Below the pieces are notes generated by a model that had not been told where the DNA came from, ran no database searches, and saw nothing but the letters and a program-made list of their open reading frames with translations. Both the position numbers and the translations under genes were made by a program. From contig CAVSJV010000003.1 in the NCBI GenBank assembly GCA_963728405.1, positions 32,001 through 96,000 of the forward strand: 64,000 nucleotides of DNA, written 5' to 3'. This stretch comes from Methanomassiliicoccaceae archaeon (lineage in GTDB: Archaea > Thermoplasmatota > Thermoplasmata > Methanomassiliicoccales > Methanomassiliicoccaceae). Shown one piece after another: positions 11,366 to 24,412 of this stretch (its first letter is position 1; the number at the start of each line of letters is the position of its first letter).

Positions 11366-12606
11366 ATATGGAATACTCTGAAAAATACCTGCATCTGGGG
11401 GAGAGGATCGATCCCGATGATTATGTCATCTGCAAATACAAGATGGTCACCGACCTGGACATGAAGCTGGCCGCTGCAGCCATAGCCACTGAGCAATCCA
11501 CCGGGACATGGACAGGGATATCCACGCTCAATGATGAGATATTCGAGCGCTACAGCGGGCGGGTCACGGACATCCAGGGCAACATCGCGACCATCGCGTA
11601 CCCCTCCGACGATTTCAGCCTGGACATCGGCGGGGTTCCGCAGATCCTCAGCGTCATCTCCGGGAACCTGTTCGGCCTGGAAGCGCTGAAAGGCGTCCGG
11701 CTGGAGGATGTGTTCTTCCCCCCCAGCATGCTGAAGGAGTTCAAGGGCCCCAAGTTCGGCATCGACGGCATGCGCAAGATGCTGAAACGAGGGGAGAAAC
11801 CCCTGGTCGGAACGATCGTCAAACCGAAGATCGGACTGCCCCCCAAGGGAATGGCCGATTACATCTACGAGGCGGGGATGGGCGGGCTGACCAACGGCAA
11901 GGACGACGAGACCCTCTCGAACCAAAAGTTCTGTCCTCTGGAGGACCGCGTGGTTGCTATCGCCGAAGCGATCGACCGCGTCAAGCACGAGACTGGCCAC
12001 GTCATGATGCATGCCATCAACGTCTCGACCAACGGGGAGAAGATCGTCGAGGTCGCCGAACGCGCCCAGGAGCTGGGGGCGTCGGAGATCATGGTCGACG
12101 TTATCACCTGCGGCTTCGCCGCTGTGCAGGCGCTGGCTGAGGATCCCTCCATCAAGGTACCGATCCACGTCCACCGGACCATGCACGGGGCGATCACCCG
12201 GAACAAGGACCTGGGCGTATCGATGGTGGTGTTCTCCAAGCTGGTCCGCATGTGCGGCGGCGACGCCCTGCACGTCGGTACCTTCGGGGTGGGGAAGATG
12301 AAGGGGAACCCATCCGAGGACCTGGCCAATCAGGAAGCTTGCGTGGGCAAGGAACTTCCCTACAAGCGGGTGATGCCAGTATGCTCCGGGGGCATGCACC
12401 CCGCACTGATCGAGCCCCTGATCAAGATCACCGGGTTCGATGTGCAGATCCAGGCCGGAGGAGGTGTCGCCGGCCATCCCGGCGGCGTGAGGGGCGGGGC
12501 GAAGGCCATGGTACAGGCAGTGGATGCCGCCTTCCAGCGTATGCCGTTCGACGAATACGCCAGGACACACCAGGAACTACGTGAAGCGATGGTAAAGTGG
12601 GGATAG
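11362..12606 (+). CDS. rbcL: RuBisCO large subunit, archaeal form III-like
   Basis: EQSTGTW, GNLFG, KPKIG, KDDE, HVHRTMH, LHVGT..GKM, SGG, QAGGG: the catalytic set is present. Confidence 0.92.
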   Translation: MNMEYSEKYLHLGERIDPDDYVICKYKMVTDLDMKLAAAAIATEQSTGTWTGISTLNDEIFERYSGRVTDIQGNIATIAYPSDDFSLDIGGVPQILSVISGNLFGLEALKGVRLEDVFFPPSMLKEFKGPKFGIDGMRKMLKRGEKPLVGTIVKPKIGLPPKGMADYIYEAGMGGLTNGKDDETLSNQKFCPLEDRVVAIAEAIDRVKHETGHVMMHAINVSTNGEKIVEVAERAQELGASEIMVDVITCGFAAVQALAEDPSIKVPIHVHRTMHGAITRNKDLGVSMVVFSKLVRMCGGDALHVGTFGVGKMKGNPSEDLANQEACVGKELPYKRVMPVCSGGMHPALIEPLIKITGFDVQIQAGGGVAGHPGGVRGGAKAMVQAVDAAFQRMPFDEYARTHQELREAMVKWG

Positions 12607-12608
12607 AT

Positions 12609-14175
12609 ATGCAGCTCAAAGCGAAATACATCGACATGGAATCGGCCGAGTACACCTCGGTCCTTCATCGCGAGGACGCCATGGAGATTGGCGTCAGAGA
12701 ACAGGACCGGGTGCGCATCAAGCATGAGCGCAATTCCACCGTGACCCTCGTACAGACGACTGACACCGTGGTCAAGAGGGGCGAGGTCGGCATTCTGGGG
12801 CAGGCGTACAAGGACCTTGGTCCGGAACCCGACGAACTCATCGAAGTGGTGGCGACCTCCAAGCCCGAGTCCATCGATTACATCAAGAAGAAGATGGACG
12901 GGAAGGAGCTGACCACGGCAGAGATCCGCGCCCTGATAAACGACATCGCCAGCCGGAGCCTGAGCAACATCGAGCTCACTGCCTACGTGACCTCGCTGCA
13001 CATCAACGGGATGAACATCCGGGAGACCGCTGACCTGACCCAGGCGATGGTGGAAACGGGGGAAACGATCAAGTTCGACCGGTCACCGGTCTTTGACTTC
13101 CACTCCATCGGCGGCTGCCCGGGGAACAAGATCACCCTGATCGTCGTCCCCATCGTCGCAGCGGCGGGGCTGCTAATTCCAAAGACCTCCTCCCGGGCGA
13201 TCAGCTCGGCGGCAGGGACCTCGGACATCGTGGAGGTGTTCGCCAACATCGATTTCAACGCCAACAAGCTGCGAAGCATCGCCGAAAGCACCGGCGGGGC
13301 GCTGGCCTGGGGGGGTTCGGTGAACCTCGCCCCCGCCGACGACCTGATCATCCGGGTGGAGTACCCCCTGGGCATCGATCCCCACGCCCAACTGCTCGCT
13401 TCGGTCATGAGCAAGAAGAAGGCGGTGGGAGCGGAGTTCCTGGTCATCGACATCCCGGTCGGGGCGGGGACCAAGGTACCCACGATGGATAAGGCCCAGG
13501 CCTACGCCAAGGACTTCGTGGAGCTTGGAGAAAGACTGGGCATGCACGTGGAGTGTGCCATAACCTACGGAGAACAGCCGGTCGGGAGGGCCATCGGCCC
13601 GGCGCTTGAAGCGCGGGAAGCGATCGCCATCCTGGAAGGCAGCCTGCATCCTAGCAGCGTCATCGAGAAATCGTGCGGCATGGCCGGCATGCTCCTGGAC
13701 ATGGGAGGCATCAAGCGGGGCGAAGCGAGGGCCAGAGAGATCCTGATGTCGGGCAAGGCCCTTGACAAGTTCCGGGAGATCGTGGCCGCCCAGGGCGGCA
13801 ACGCCGATATCAAGTCCGAGCGACATCCAGATCGGGAAATACACCTACGATATCACCTCGAAGATGTGCGGCTACGTCAACGGCATCAAGAACAAGGAAC
13901 TGGTGCAACTGGCACGGGCCGCCGGGGCGCCGAAGGACAAAGGAGCGGGGGTGCTGCTCCATAAGAAGCGCGGCAACCGCGTCGACGATGGGGAGCCGGT
14001 GCTCACCATCTACGCCGACAACAAGGCCAAGCTGGAGCAATCGATCGAGCTTTCCCGCAAGTTCAACCCGGTGACCGTGGAGGGCATGATCCTGGCCAAG
14101 CTGCCCTATGTCAGCAGCACCACGATCATCGAACGGACTTTCTGTCCTGGACCATCAACGCCTCAGGGAGAGTAA
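12609..14175 (+). CDS. AMP phosphorylase (frameshift near 13820)
   Basis: HSIGGCPGNK, PKTSSRAISSAAGT, SVMSKK; the C-terminus ARAAGAPKDKGAG continues in ORF 13762-14175. Confidence 0.92.
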
Positions 14176-14872
14176 GCTCTCCCTTGGCCACCGCCTTGGC
14201 AAGTTCCGAGGAGATGGTCACGCGCCCTCCGCTCTCGATGCGGCTGATGCGTTGAATGTTCTTTACCTCGCCGAGGGTCGGCTGCACCTCCGGCGGGAAG
14301 GGCATTCGATAACCGGACCCCAGGGCGATGGACACGGCGGCGTCGGCGTCCGGTTCTTCCGTCCGCCGGGTCGTGTTCGTCTCGTCGACCACCTCGATAT
14401 CGTCCACTGAGTTCCAGATCGACCGAATGATGCGGTTGCGATTGGTGCGATCGCCGTGACCGACCTTGGCAATAAGGCGGACGTGACGAAAGCAGCGTCG
14501 GAAGCGGGCGATCTCATCGACCACTCCCTCCGGTGAGCCTACCGTTTCGGCGATGAGCACGCGGCCGTCCCCGATGATGGCCACCCCCGGCCGCACCCCC
14601 GGATCGACGCCCACGACCAACGTCTGGAAGGCTTCCCGTCCCTTCAGCTGGGACCGGGCCATCTCTAGGGCGATGTCGGGTTGGTCGTTCGACACCACCT
14701 TGCGAAAACGGACCAGGGAGCGCTCCTCCCGAGTAGTGATGATGACCCCTACTGTCTCCGGGACATCGTCACCGAAGTCCAAGGCCACGAAGTGCTCCTT
14801 GTGCCCCTTGAGCAGCTGGACCAGCTCGTAGAAGAACCGGAAATTCTTGGTCATTATCCCTATGACCTTCAT
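14126..14872 (-). CDS. Uncharacterised protein with RNase H-like (YqgF/RuvC-type) motif
   Basis: VVGVDPGVRPGVAI, VVDETNTT, DADAA acidic motifs. Confidence 0.7.
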   Translation of the reverse strand: MKVIGIMTKNFRFFYELVQLLKGHKEHFVALDFGDDVPETVGVIITTREERSLVRFRKVVSNDQPDIALEMARSQLKGREAFQTLVVGVDPGVRPGVAIIGDGRVLIAETVGSPEGVVDEIARFRRCFRHVRLIAKVGHGDRTNRNRIIRSIWNSVDDIEVVDETNTTRRTEEPDADAAVSIALGSGYRMPFPPEVQPTLGEVKNIQRISRIESGGRVTISSELAKAVAKGELTLPEALMVQDRKSVR

Positions 14873-15055
14873 CTAGCAAATGGATGCGGAGGCCAGAGCT
14901 TAACCCTTTGCCCCTGCAACTTTATTGACCGTCCTCACCCGATCGCCAGGTAGCTAGCCCATGATCTGCTCTGGCCGTTTGGTCAAGGATATATAGGGTC
15001 GGTCCGTCCCAGGAAACGGCCTATGAGGCTTGGTCGGTGTCGCCTCGTGCGCTCC

Positions 15056-17530
15056 TTATCGCTTGAGGAATATTCCGCGGTGATTGATCAGATTGTACAC
15101 TCGGACCTTCACCCAGTCCATCACTATGAGCTCCTCGATCAAAGCATAGATCCAGATGAATATGGCCAGGGCCCAGCCCAAGGGGGCCATCCCCAGACCA
15201 TAGACGACTATCAGGGTGGCGATAACTTTGGTGATTATGGTCGACCACAGCAGATAGTTGCCTGGACAGTACGGTCCAGAATCGGCCCTTGGTGCGGGAT
15301 ACGAATATGGTCAGGTGACCGGCCACGGTCAGCTTAAGGAAGATGAACGACTGGATCAGGACGATGTCCAGGTTGAACGTGAAGAGCGCTATGTAAAGAA
15401 TGAGGAACGTGGCGAGAACCCCCACCCAGCCGATGATGGTGGCCATGGTGATGATCTCCCTCATGTTCCAACGCTCGGGCTTGTTCGAGTACAGCACGTT
15501 GTCATAAGCTATGGTCATGATGGGGATGTCGTTGAGGATGGCCAGAAGGACGATCATCAGCGCAGTGATAGGGAAGAAGTTGAAGGCAAGGATCGTAATG
15601 GACACGAAGAACAGCACCCGAATGGTCTCGGCGATCCTGTATATCGAGTAATTATTCATCCTCTGAAATATTTTCCTGCTCTCCTTGAAAGCGTCGATTA
15701 TCACCGAGAGGCCTGGCCTTGTGAGCACGATGTCCGCGGCCGATTTGGCCGCGTCAGTGGCTCCGGCCACGGCCACCCCCACGTCCGCCTTCTTGAGCGC
15801 CGGGGCGTCGTTGACCCCGTCGCCGGTCATGCCCACAATGTGATCTTTGGATTGTAACAGCTCGACGATGCGATACTTGTGCTCCGGAAAGACCTGAGCG
15901 AAGCCATCGGTCTGCTCCACCACCTTTTCGGCCGCGGCATCCGGGACGTTCTGAATCGCCTCCGCGGTTATGATATGGGTGCCGAGGCCCACCTTTTTGG
16001 CGATCTCCTTAGCGATGGAGGTGTGGTCCCCCGTGACCATCTTGATGTCTACTCCCATGTCCTCCGCGGTCCTGATGGTCTCTGCTGAATCCTCTCTAGG
16101 TGGGTCCTGGAGAGCCAGGAGACCGCTGTACTGCCATCTCCCTTGGGCGTCGGTACGGGCCACCCCCAGGGACCGGCCTCCCTTGGAGGCGAACGCTCTC
16201 CACCCGCTGGTCGATGGTCCCCTTCATCTCCTCCTTGTTCTCCATGAGGTCGAGGATCACCTGGGGCGCACCCTTGGCAACCATATACTGCTCACCCTTC
16301 TCGTCCTGCACGGTGGCCTCGGCCCGCTTGGACACTGGGTCGAAGGGATGGAACCTAACCACCTTGAACCGAGGGATGACCTGCTTAAGATGATCGTTCT
16401 CCTCGGCCCTGGCCAGCACGGCATCGTCGATAGCGTCATTGTTGTCCTTCTTAGAGGTTAGAGCGGCCAGTAGGAGCACGTCCTCTTCCGTGTGATCGTC
16501 CAGCGGGGCTATGATCGACAAGGTCAGCTCGTTCTTGGTAATGGTGCCGGTCTTGTCCGAGCACAGCACATCCACCCCGGCCATCTCCTCGATGGCCACC
16601 AATTTGCTGACGATTGCTTCCTTCTTGGCCAAGGCCACGGCCCCCACGGCCATCGTTATGGAGAGCACGGCAGGGAGGGCTGCCGGAATGGCCGCTACGA
16701 TAAGTACCAGCGCGAACTGGAGGGTTTCCAGGAGGGGCTGTTGCCGGAACAGGGAGGTGATGATGACGATGGCCACAAGGGAGATGGCCAGGACGATGAG
16801 GTAGTCGCCGATCTTGACCACCGCGGTCTGGAAATGGCTCTTGGTCCTCGCCTCTTCCACCAGCTTGGCCGTTTTACCGAAGAAGGTGTTCAATCCGGTT
16901 GAGACCACCAGCCCTTCCATCTCTCCCTGCTTGATTATGGAACTGGAGTAGGCCACATCCCCCTCGTGCTTCTCTACTGGCAGTGATTCGCCGGTGAGGG
17001 CTGACTCATCGACCTGGAGATAATCGCCCTCGACCAGTTTTATGTCGGCCGGCGTGACGTCGCCCAGGTGGACCCTGATCACATCTCCCGGGACCAGCTC
17101 TTTGGCCGATTCCTTTTTCCATTGGCCGTCGCGAAAGACCCTGGTCTCCAGGGCCAGGCGTTTCTTGAGCATCGCAATGGCCGTGTCGGCCTTCCTTTCC
17201 TGCCAGAATCCCACCACAGCATTGAGGATCAGCAGCAGCAGGATCACCGAGAAGTCCTCCCATCTCTGGAGGGCGGCCGATATGATCACTGCGACCTCGA
17301 TCATCCAGGGAATAGGGCCCCAGAAGTGGACAAAGAACTTGGTCAGAGGGCTGACCTTCTTCTCGGTGATCTCGTTGGGGCCGTACTCCTGTATCCTCCT
17401 CTTGGCCTCCTCGGCGGAGAAGACCTTTCTTGCTGGATGATAGCCGGTCGAAGAGATCTGCGATACTGGAGGACTTGGCCTCATCCATGGTCACCGGGCG
17501 GTGGCCCTGTGGAGAGTCCCTTGGTTCCAT
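15056..17530 (-). CDS. Plasma-membrane proton-efflux P-type ATPase (P3A), about 3 frameshifts
   Basis: FWGPIPWMIE, TGES, IPAALP, DKTGT, KGAP, DPPR, TGDGVNDAPALK, ILNDIPIMTIAYD spread over several frames. Confidence 0.9.
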
Positions 17531-17821
17531 GGTGATATCCATCTTACCGCGTTTTATTTATAGTACGCTCGTGGCCATCTTGAACGCCGATGGGGCCGTA
17601 CTACATTCTGATGGCAGACCGTGGCCTGCCCCCGTCCTTTCCTTACCGACATTTCTTCGTCCATTGTGGGACCGCCTGGACCAAGGAGACCGTTCCGGCA
17701 GGAGGCGAAGGAGCCGCTCTCGTTTATCGGTCGATGATTCTGCCCCGTCTGCCTTTGCCTTTTCCACCATATCAATGCGAGGATGGATAGAGCGCGCATA
17801 GCTCACGCTTCACTTGGATGC

Positions 17822-19060
17822 TCAACTTGCCTCGCCCACATTGCTCTCGGCCACTCCATCGTAGGAGGAGGTGGTGACCTTTCCCAGGTAGGTGAAGCCG
17901 ATGGCGCTGACCATGGCGATGAGCGCGATGCCACCCCACAGCGCCACCGGATCGGCATGCAGGCCGTCGTACATCAGCCCACCCAGGGCCAGGCCCAGAG
18001 ACCAGCCGAAGGAGCTGAAGATGCCGAACGCCCCCATGTACCGGCCACGCTCGTTCTCTGGGCTCATCTTGGCGACCATGCTCATGCTCGACGGGGAGGT
18101 GGTGTTCTCCCCCAGCGTGGTGATCATCATCGACAGCACCAACAGCCAGATGCTGGCAGCGAACCCCACGAGGAGGTAGCCCACCGCGTACATCACCGCC
18201 CCGGCGGCGAGGACGTAGGACATGCGGAAGTGCGAGATGTAGCGGGCCATGGGGAACTGCAGGAACACCACCATGAGGCCGTTGAGAGCGTAGAGGTAAC
18301 CGATCTCGGCCTCGGCGATGCCGATGTCCTTGACGCTGAACACCGAGAAGGTCGAGGACATCTGGCCAATGACGATGGCCAGGGGCAGCGATGACAGACA
18401 GAACAGCAGGAACAGCTTGTTGTGCCAGATGTTCATCAGGTCCCGGGGATGGAACTTGTCCCGCGGGCCGGCCGAGCGGGCCGGGTCGGCCACCAAGAGA
18501 TAGATGACCGCGGCCGCAGCGATGCTGGCGAGGGCGGCCACCAGGAAGAGCGTGGAGAAGGGCAGGAACAGGAGCATGATGCCCGAGATCAGGGGACCGA
18601 GGGTCCAGCCAATGTTCTGGCCCACCCGAAGCAAGGAGTACGCCTCCATCCGCCGGCCGGGGCCGACGATATCGGCCACCATGGCGTTGGAGGCCGGCTC
18701 GAACAGGGAGCCCAGGAGCGAGGAGACGAGCAACAGGACGGCAAGAAGCCACAGGTCCCCCACCCACCAGGGTCAGGAACAACAGGAAGAAGGTCAGGCC
18801 GCGAAAGCCCATGGACGCGTACATGACCGGTCGGCGGCCCAGCCGGTCGGCCAACTCCCCACCGGCGATCTGGCCGAAGGCCCCGGCCACGGCCATCCCC
18901 AGGAACAGCAGGCCCGCCAGGCCCATGGAGATCCCCGTGACCAGAACGAGGTGGATGGCCAGGAAGGGCATGACGATGGAGAACCAGTGGCTGAGATCAC
19001 CCGGCCGCCGCACAGGACCCAGACCCGCCGGTCCAGCCCTTCGAAGAACCCATCCCCCAC
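17822..19060 (-). CDS. MFS transporter (frameshifted)
   Basis: GELADRLGRR motif A, ERGRYMG, hydrophobic segments spread over three ORFs. Confidence 0.85.
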
Positions 19061-19129
19061 ACCGCTTCCGCTCAGGCCGAGAAAATCCTAGGGGCTAATC
19101 CATGCTTTCCTGTCGCATGATGGCAGGGC

Positions 19130-20256
19130 TCAATGCTTCTTCTTGAACTTGCCCAGGAAGCTCTTGTCCTCCGCTTCCAGCTCGGCGAACCGCTTCAGGA
19201 TCTCCTTCTGCTCCTGGTTGAGCTTCTCGGGGACCCGGATCTTCACCCGGACGTACTGGTCGCCCCGGGAGGAGGTCTGCAGGATGGGCATGCCCGAGCC
19301 CTTCAGCCGGAAGACGGTGTCCGATTGCGTACCGGCCGGGAGCACGACCTTGGCCTTGCGGTCCAGGGTAGGGATCTCGATGTCCGCTCCCAACGCCGCC
19401 TGCGCGAAGGTGACCTGGAAATCCATGAACAGGTCCGGTCCCTCCCGCTTGTAGGTCTCGTGGGGCTTGACGTGCATGACCACGTACAGGTCGCCATTCG
19501 GCTCGCCCGGCTGGCCGGCCTCTCCCGCGCCCTGGACCCGGAGGCGGGAGCCCGTCTCGACCCCCGGAGGGATGTCGATGTCGATGTGCGAGGTCCTCTG
19601 GACCTTGCCCCGGCCCTCGCAGTCGGGGCAGGCATTGGCCGAGGAGCGGCCGGTACCCCGGCAGCGGCGGCACGGGCCGACCTGAACGAACTGACTGTAA
19701 CCCGCGGGTCTGCACCACGCGTACCTGTCCGGTCCCACCGCATTCCTGGCATTGACTTATCTTCCCGTCCTTGGAGCCAGATGCCCTTGCACTTGGGGCA
19801 GTTGTCGAACTTGGGGACGGTTATGCGCCTCTTGGCCCCTTGAACGCATCCTCCAGTGAGATCTCGATGTCCATGCGCGCGTCCCTTCCCCCGGAGCGCT
19901 GCTGGCGGCCGCCGAAGAACATGTCGAAGATGTTGCCGAACCCGCCTCCCGTCGCCGCCGAAGATGTCCCTGATGTCCCCGGCGTGGGAGAAGTCGTTCC
20001 AGTTGAACGAACCGTCCTGGAATTGGGCATTGACGCCAGCGTGGCCATACTGATCGTAGAGCTTTCTCTTTTTCTCATCGACCAACACCTCGTACGCCTC
20101 GGACATTTCCTTGAAGCGCTCCTCGGCGACCTTGCTGTCCTCCTTGGTGACGTCGGGGTGGTATTGCATTGCCAGTTTGCGATACGACTTCTTGATGTCC
20201 TCGACGCTCGCATCCTTGGCAACGCCTAGTACCTCGTAATAGTCCCGCTGGGTCAT
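19130..20256 (-). CDS. dnaJ: Chaperone DnaJ (several frameshifts)
   Basis: [13 protein letters not shown] region, CxxCxGxG repeats, GDLYV. Confidence 0.93.
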
Positions 20257-20274
20257 GATGCTCTTCCCGAAGTC

Positions 20275-22152
20275 TCAGTCCACTATATGATAGTCGGCAT
20301 CGGTGAAGTCGCCCTTACCGCCCTGGTCCTTCTTCTCATCGCTGGGCGGCGCCTGCTGCTGCGCCTCCTGCTGCGCTTGTTGCTGCGCCTGCTGCTGAGA
20401 GGCGGCCGCGGCCTGGTAGATGCGCGTCGATACGGCCGACATCTCCTTCATGAGGGCGTCGACCTTGGCCTTGATCGCGGCGAGGTCGTCGGACTTCATC
20501 GCTTCCTTGACCTCTTCGCTGGCCTTCTGGACCTTCTCCCGCTCCTCGGCCGTCACCTTGTCGCCGAGCTCGATGAGGGTCTTCTCGGTCGTGTAGACGA
20601 GGGTATCCGCCTGGTTAAGGACCTCGACCTTCTCCTTGCGCTTCTTGTCCTCCTCGGAGAACTGCTCGGCCTGGTGGACCATCTTGGAGATGTCATCCTT
20701 GGACAGTTTGTTGGTGGCGGTGATGGTGATCTTCTGCTCCTTACCGGTGCCGAGATCCTTGGCCGAGACGGAGATTATGCCGTTGGCGTCGATGTCGTAG
20801 GTGACCTCGATCTGCGGGATGCCCCTCGGAGCGGGCGGGATGCCGGTCAGCTGGAACTTGCCTAGCGAGACGTTGTCGACGGCCATCTCCCGCTCTCCCT
20901 GCACGATGTGGATCTCCACGCTGGACTGGTAGTCGGCAGCGGTGGAGAACACCTGGGACTTGCGGGTGGGGATCGTGGTGTTCCGCTCGATCAGCTTGGT
21001 CGCGATGCCGCCGAGCGTCTCGACGCTAAGCGACAGGGGGGTGACATCAAGGAGGAGGATGTCCTTGACCTCTCCGGACAGGACCGCCGCCTGGATGGCC
21101 GCCCCCATGGCCACACACTCCATGGGGTCGATGCCCTTCTGGATCTTCTTCCCGACCAGGGTCTCGACGAACCTCTGCACGATGGGCATGCGGGTCGGGC
21201 CGCCCACGAGAATGACGTTATCGATCTGCTCAGGAGTGAGCTTGGCGTCCCGCATGGCATTGGTCATGGGGGCCTTGCACCGCTCCACGATCGGGCTGAC
21301 CAGCTCCTCGAGCTTAGCCCGGGTGATGCTTATGGCCAGATGCTTCGGTCCGTTCTGGTCGGCGGTGATGAAGGGGAGGTTGATCTCGGTGGACATGGTG
21401 GAGGTAAGCTCGATCTTGGCCTTTTCCGATGCTTCCCGTACCCGCCACATGGCCATCTTGTCCGTGGACAGGTCGACGCCGCTCTCCTTCTTGAACTGGC
21501 CAGCGACGAAGTTGATGAGCGCCTGGTCCATGTCGGTGCCGCCCAGCTGGGTATCGCCGGACGTGGAGATGACCTCGAATACGCCCTCTGAGAACTCCAT
21601 TATGGTTACGTCGAGCGTACCGCCGCCCAGGTCGAACACCAGGATCTTCTGGGCCTGCTTTGCGTTGTCGAGACCGTACGCCAGCGCCGCAGCGGTCGGT
21701 TCGTTAATGATCCTGACGACCTCCAGGCCGGCTATGGAGCCGGCATCCTTGGTCGCCTGTCTCTGATTGTCGTTGAAGTACGCGGGAACGGTGATGACCG
21801 CCTTGCTTACGGTCTCCCCGAGGAAAGCCTCGGCGTCCCGCTTGATCTTTTGCAGGATGAACGCCGAGACCTGCTGGGGGGTGTACTCCTTGCCGTGAAC
21901 CCTGAACTTATGGTCGGTGCCCATCTTCCGCTTGGCCGCGGCGATCGTTCCTTCAGGATTGGTGACGGCTTGCCGTCGGGCCGGCTCGCCGACCAATAGC
22001 TCGCCTTCCTTGGTGAGCGCCACATATGATGGGAAAGCCTTCCCTCCGATGCTCGTACCTTCCGCGCTGGGAATGATGGTCGGCCTGCCGCCTTCCATTA
22101 CCGCGGCCGCGGAGTTGCTTGTACCTAGGTCTATTCCGATGATCTTAGCCAT
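20275..22152 (-). CDS. dnaK: Chaperone DnaK (Hsp70)
   Basis: [33 protein letters not shown]. Confidence 0.98.
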   Translation of the reverse strand: MAKIIGIDLGTSNSAAAVMEGGRPTIIPSAEGTSIGGKAFPSYVALTKEGELLVGEPARRQAVTNPEGTIAAAKRKMGTDHKFRVHGKEYTPQQVSAFILQKIKRDAEAFLGETVSKAVITVPAYFNDNQRQATKDAGSIAGLEVVRIINEPTAAALAYGLDNAKQAQKILVFDLGGGTLDVTIMEFSEGVFEVISTSGDTQLGGTDMDQALINFVAGQFKKESGVDLSTDKMAMWRVREASEKAKIELTSTMSTEINLPFITADQNGPKHLAISITRAKLEELVSPIVERCKAPMTNAMRDAKLTPEQIDNVILVGGPTRMPIVQRFVETLVGKKIQKGIDPMECVAMGAAIQAAVLSGEVKDILLLDVTPLSLSVETLGGIATKLIERNTTIPTRKSQVFSTAADYQSSVEIHIVQGEREMAVDNVSLGKFQLTGIPPAPRGIPQIEVTYDIDANGIISVSAKDLGTGKEQKITITATNKLSKDDISKMVHQAEQFSEEDKKRKEKVEVLNQADTLVYTTEKTLIELGDKVTAEEREKVQKASEEVKEAMKSDDLAAIKAKVDALMKEMSAVSTRIYQAAAASQQQAQQQAQQEAQQQAPPSDEKKDQGGKGDFTDADYHIVD

Positions 22153-22690
22153 TGTTACCACCTGTGCTCTTTGCTACCTTGACCTTGGAGCACCTCAGCA
22201 CCTTGTCGCCGAGGTAATACCCCTTCTGATATGTCTCTAGGATCTTGCCATCCTCTCCCTCCCCCACCGCGAACGCTTCGTGCACGGAGGGGTCGAACTT
22301 GCCGTCCGAGGGTATCTCCCTCAGCCCGTAGTCCTTTAGGAGGGACGATAGGTTATCGTGAATCTTGGTGATGCCGGACCGCAGCTCGTCTTCAGAGCAT
22401 TTCGCGGTCACGGCGCGCTCGAAATCGTCCATGACCAATAGCAGGTCGGACAGGAGCTTGTGGTTGGCGCATTTGATCGTTTCCTCGCGTTCCCTCAAGC
22501 TCCGTTTCTTATAATTCTCGAACTCCGCCTGGATCCGGCGAGCAGCATCCAGATAATCGGCGACCAGGGCCGCCAGCTTCTCGTTCTGCTTCCGCTCGGC
22601 CTGAAGCTGGTCGCGCAGCACGGAGAGCTGATTTTCAAGGTCACTATCGGCCGTTTCCCTGTCCTGCCCAGACCCTTCCGCCTTCTCCAT
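22145..22690 (-). CDS. grpE: Nucleotide exchange factor GrpE
   Basis: [22 protein letters not shown]...VLR..KVKV. Confidence 0.95.
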   Translation of the reverse strand: MEKAEGSGQDRETADSDLENQLSVLRDQLQAERKQNEKLAALVADYLDAARRIQAEFENYKKRSLREREETIKCANHKLLSDLLLVMDDFERAVTAKCSEDELRSGITKIHDNLSSLLKDYGLREIPSDGKFDPSVHEAFAVGEGEDGKILETYQKGYYLGDKVLRCSKVKVAKSTGGNNG

Positions 22691-22776
22691 GCGTCCACCT
22701 TCCTTCGGAGCGTGAGTCGATTTAGTGAGAAATGCTAAAACGTTTGGATGGGGGGGCCTAAGCCCCCCTAAGGGTT

Positions 22777-24412
22777 TCAGTCCTCGTCCCCGCCCATATC
22801 GGGGGCGGCGTTGGGTCCGCCCATGCCGGGGCCCATGCCCCTGGCGGCGATGACATCGTCGATCCTCAGGATGAGGATGGCGGCGTCGGTGGCGGAGTTA
22901 AGCGCCTGGCGGCTGACCCGGATAGGCTCGATGACCTTCTGGTCCAGCATGTCCACGACCTTGCCGGTGTAGACGTTCAGTCCCGCGTGGACCTTTCCGT
23001 CCTTGTGGGCCTTCCTCATGTTGATGAGGATGTCGATGGGGTCAAGTCCAGCGTTCTCAGCGAGAGCGGTGGGGACGACCTCAAGGGCACTAGCATAGGC
23101 GTCGATGGCGATCTGCTCGCGTCCGCCGACCGAAGCGGCGTACTCGCGCAGCTTCATGGCCAGTTCGACCGCGGTGCTTCCGCCGCCGGTGACGATCTTT
23201 CCGTCCTCGATGGCGACGGCCACTACACTCATGGCGTCGTCCAGGGAGCGCTCGACCTCGTCGATGACTGTGCTCGGTGCCGCCCTTCAGTAGGAGGGAG
23301 ACAGCCTTGGGGTTCTTGCAGCCAGTGACGAAGGTCATTTCCTCTTCGCCCAGCTGGCGGACCTCGATCATGGAGGCGCAGCCAAGCTCATCGGCTTCCA
23401 GCTCCTCGATCTTGGTGACAACGGTGGCTCCGGTGGCCTTGGCCAGCTTGTCCATGTCGGACTTCTTGACCCGGCGGACCGCGAATATCTTTTCCTTGGC
23501 CAGGAAGTGCTGGGCGAGGTCGTCGATACCCTTCTGGCAGAATACGACGTTCGCTCCGGAATCCTTGACGTTGGCGACCATCTTGCGCAGCATGTTCTCT
23601 TCCTCGGCGAGGAAGGCCTGCATCTGGGACGGGTCGGTGATCTCGATCTTGGCGTCGATCTCGGTCTTCTGGACCTCGATGGCCGCGTCGAGCAGGGCGA
23701 TCTTGGCCTTCTCGATCTTCTTGGGCATGCCAGGGTGCACCGGCTCCTTGTCGATGATTATGCCCTGGATGAACTGGGTGTCGTCCATGGACCCGCCGGT
23801 CTTCTTAACGACCTGGATGTTGTCCATGTCCACGTACCACTTGCCATTGGTCTGCTCGGCCACCGCGGACACGGCCTTCACGGCCATGTCAGCGAGATTC
23901 TCCCGGGAGCCGCTGACCGACTTGGAGATCATGGAGGTCTCCGCGATCAGCTTCAAGGTCTTCTTGTCCTTGATGTCGACGTCCATGGCTATGGTGTCGA
24001 GGACCTCCTGGGCCTTGGTGGCGGCTAACCTGTAGCCACCGGCGATTATGGTGGGGTGAATGTTAGAATCGATCAGGTCCACGGCCTTCTTGAGCAACTC
24101 TCCAGCCAAAATGACCGCGGTGGTGGTCCCATCTCCGGCCTCTTCGTCCTGGGTCTTGGCGACCTCGACGAGCATCTTAGCGGCGGGGTGATCAACGTCG
24201 ATCTCCTTCAGGATAGTTACACCGTCGTTGGTGATTACTACGTCCCCCATGCTGTCAACAAGCATCTTGTCCATCCCACGGGGTCCGAGGGTGCTTCGGA
24301 CGGCGTCAGCAATGGCCCTAGCGGCCATAATGTTGTTGTACTGGGCGTCCTTACCCCTGTCTCTCTTGGTACCCTCCTTGAGGATGAGTATAGGTGTGTT
24401 TCCCATTCCCAT
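22777..24412 (-). CDS. Thermosome (group II chaperonin) subunit, frameshift near 23270
   Basis: [30 protein letters not shown]-rich tail. Confidence 0.95.

Noticed and set aside
20350-20400. Repeated ctgctgcgc units
   Set aside because: They encode the ordinary Gln/Ala-rich DnaK tail.
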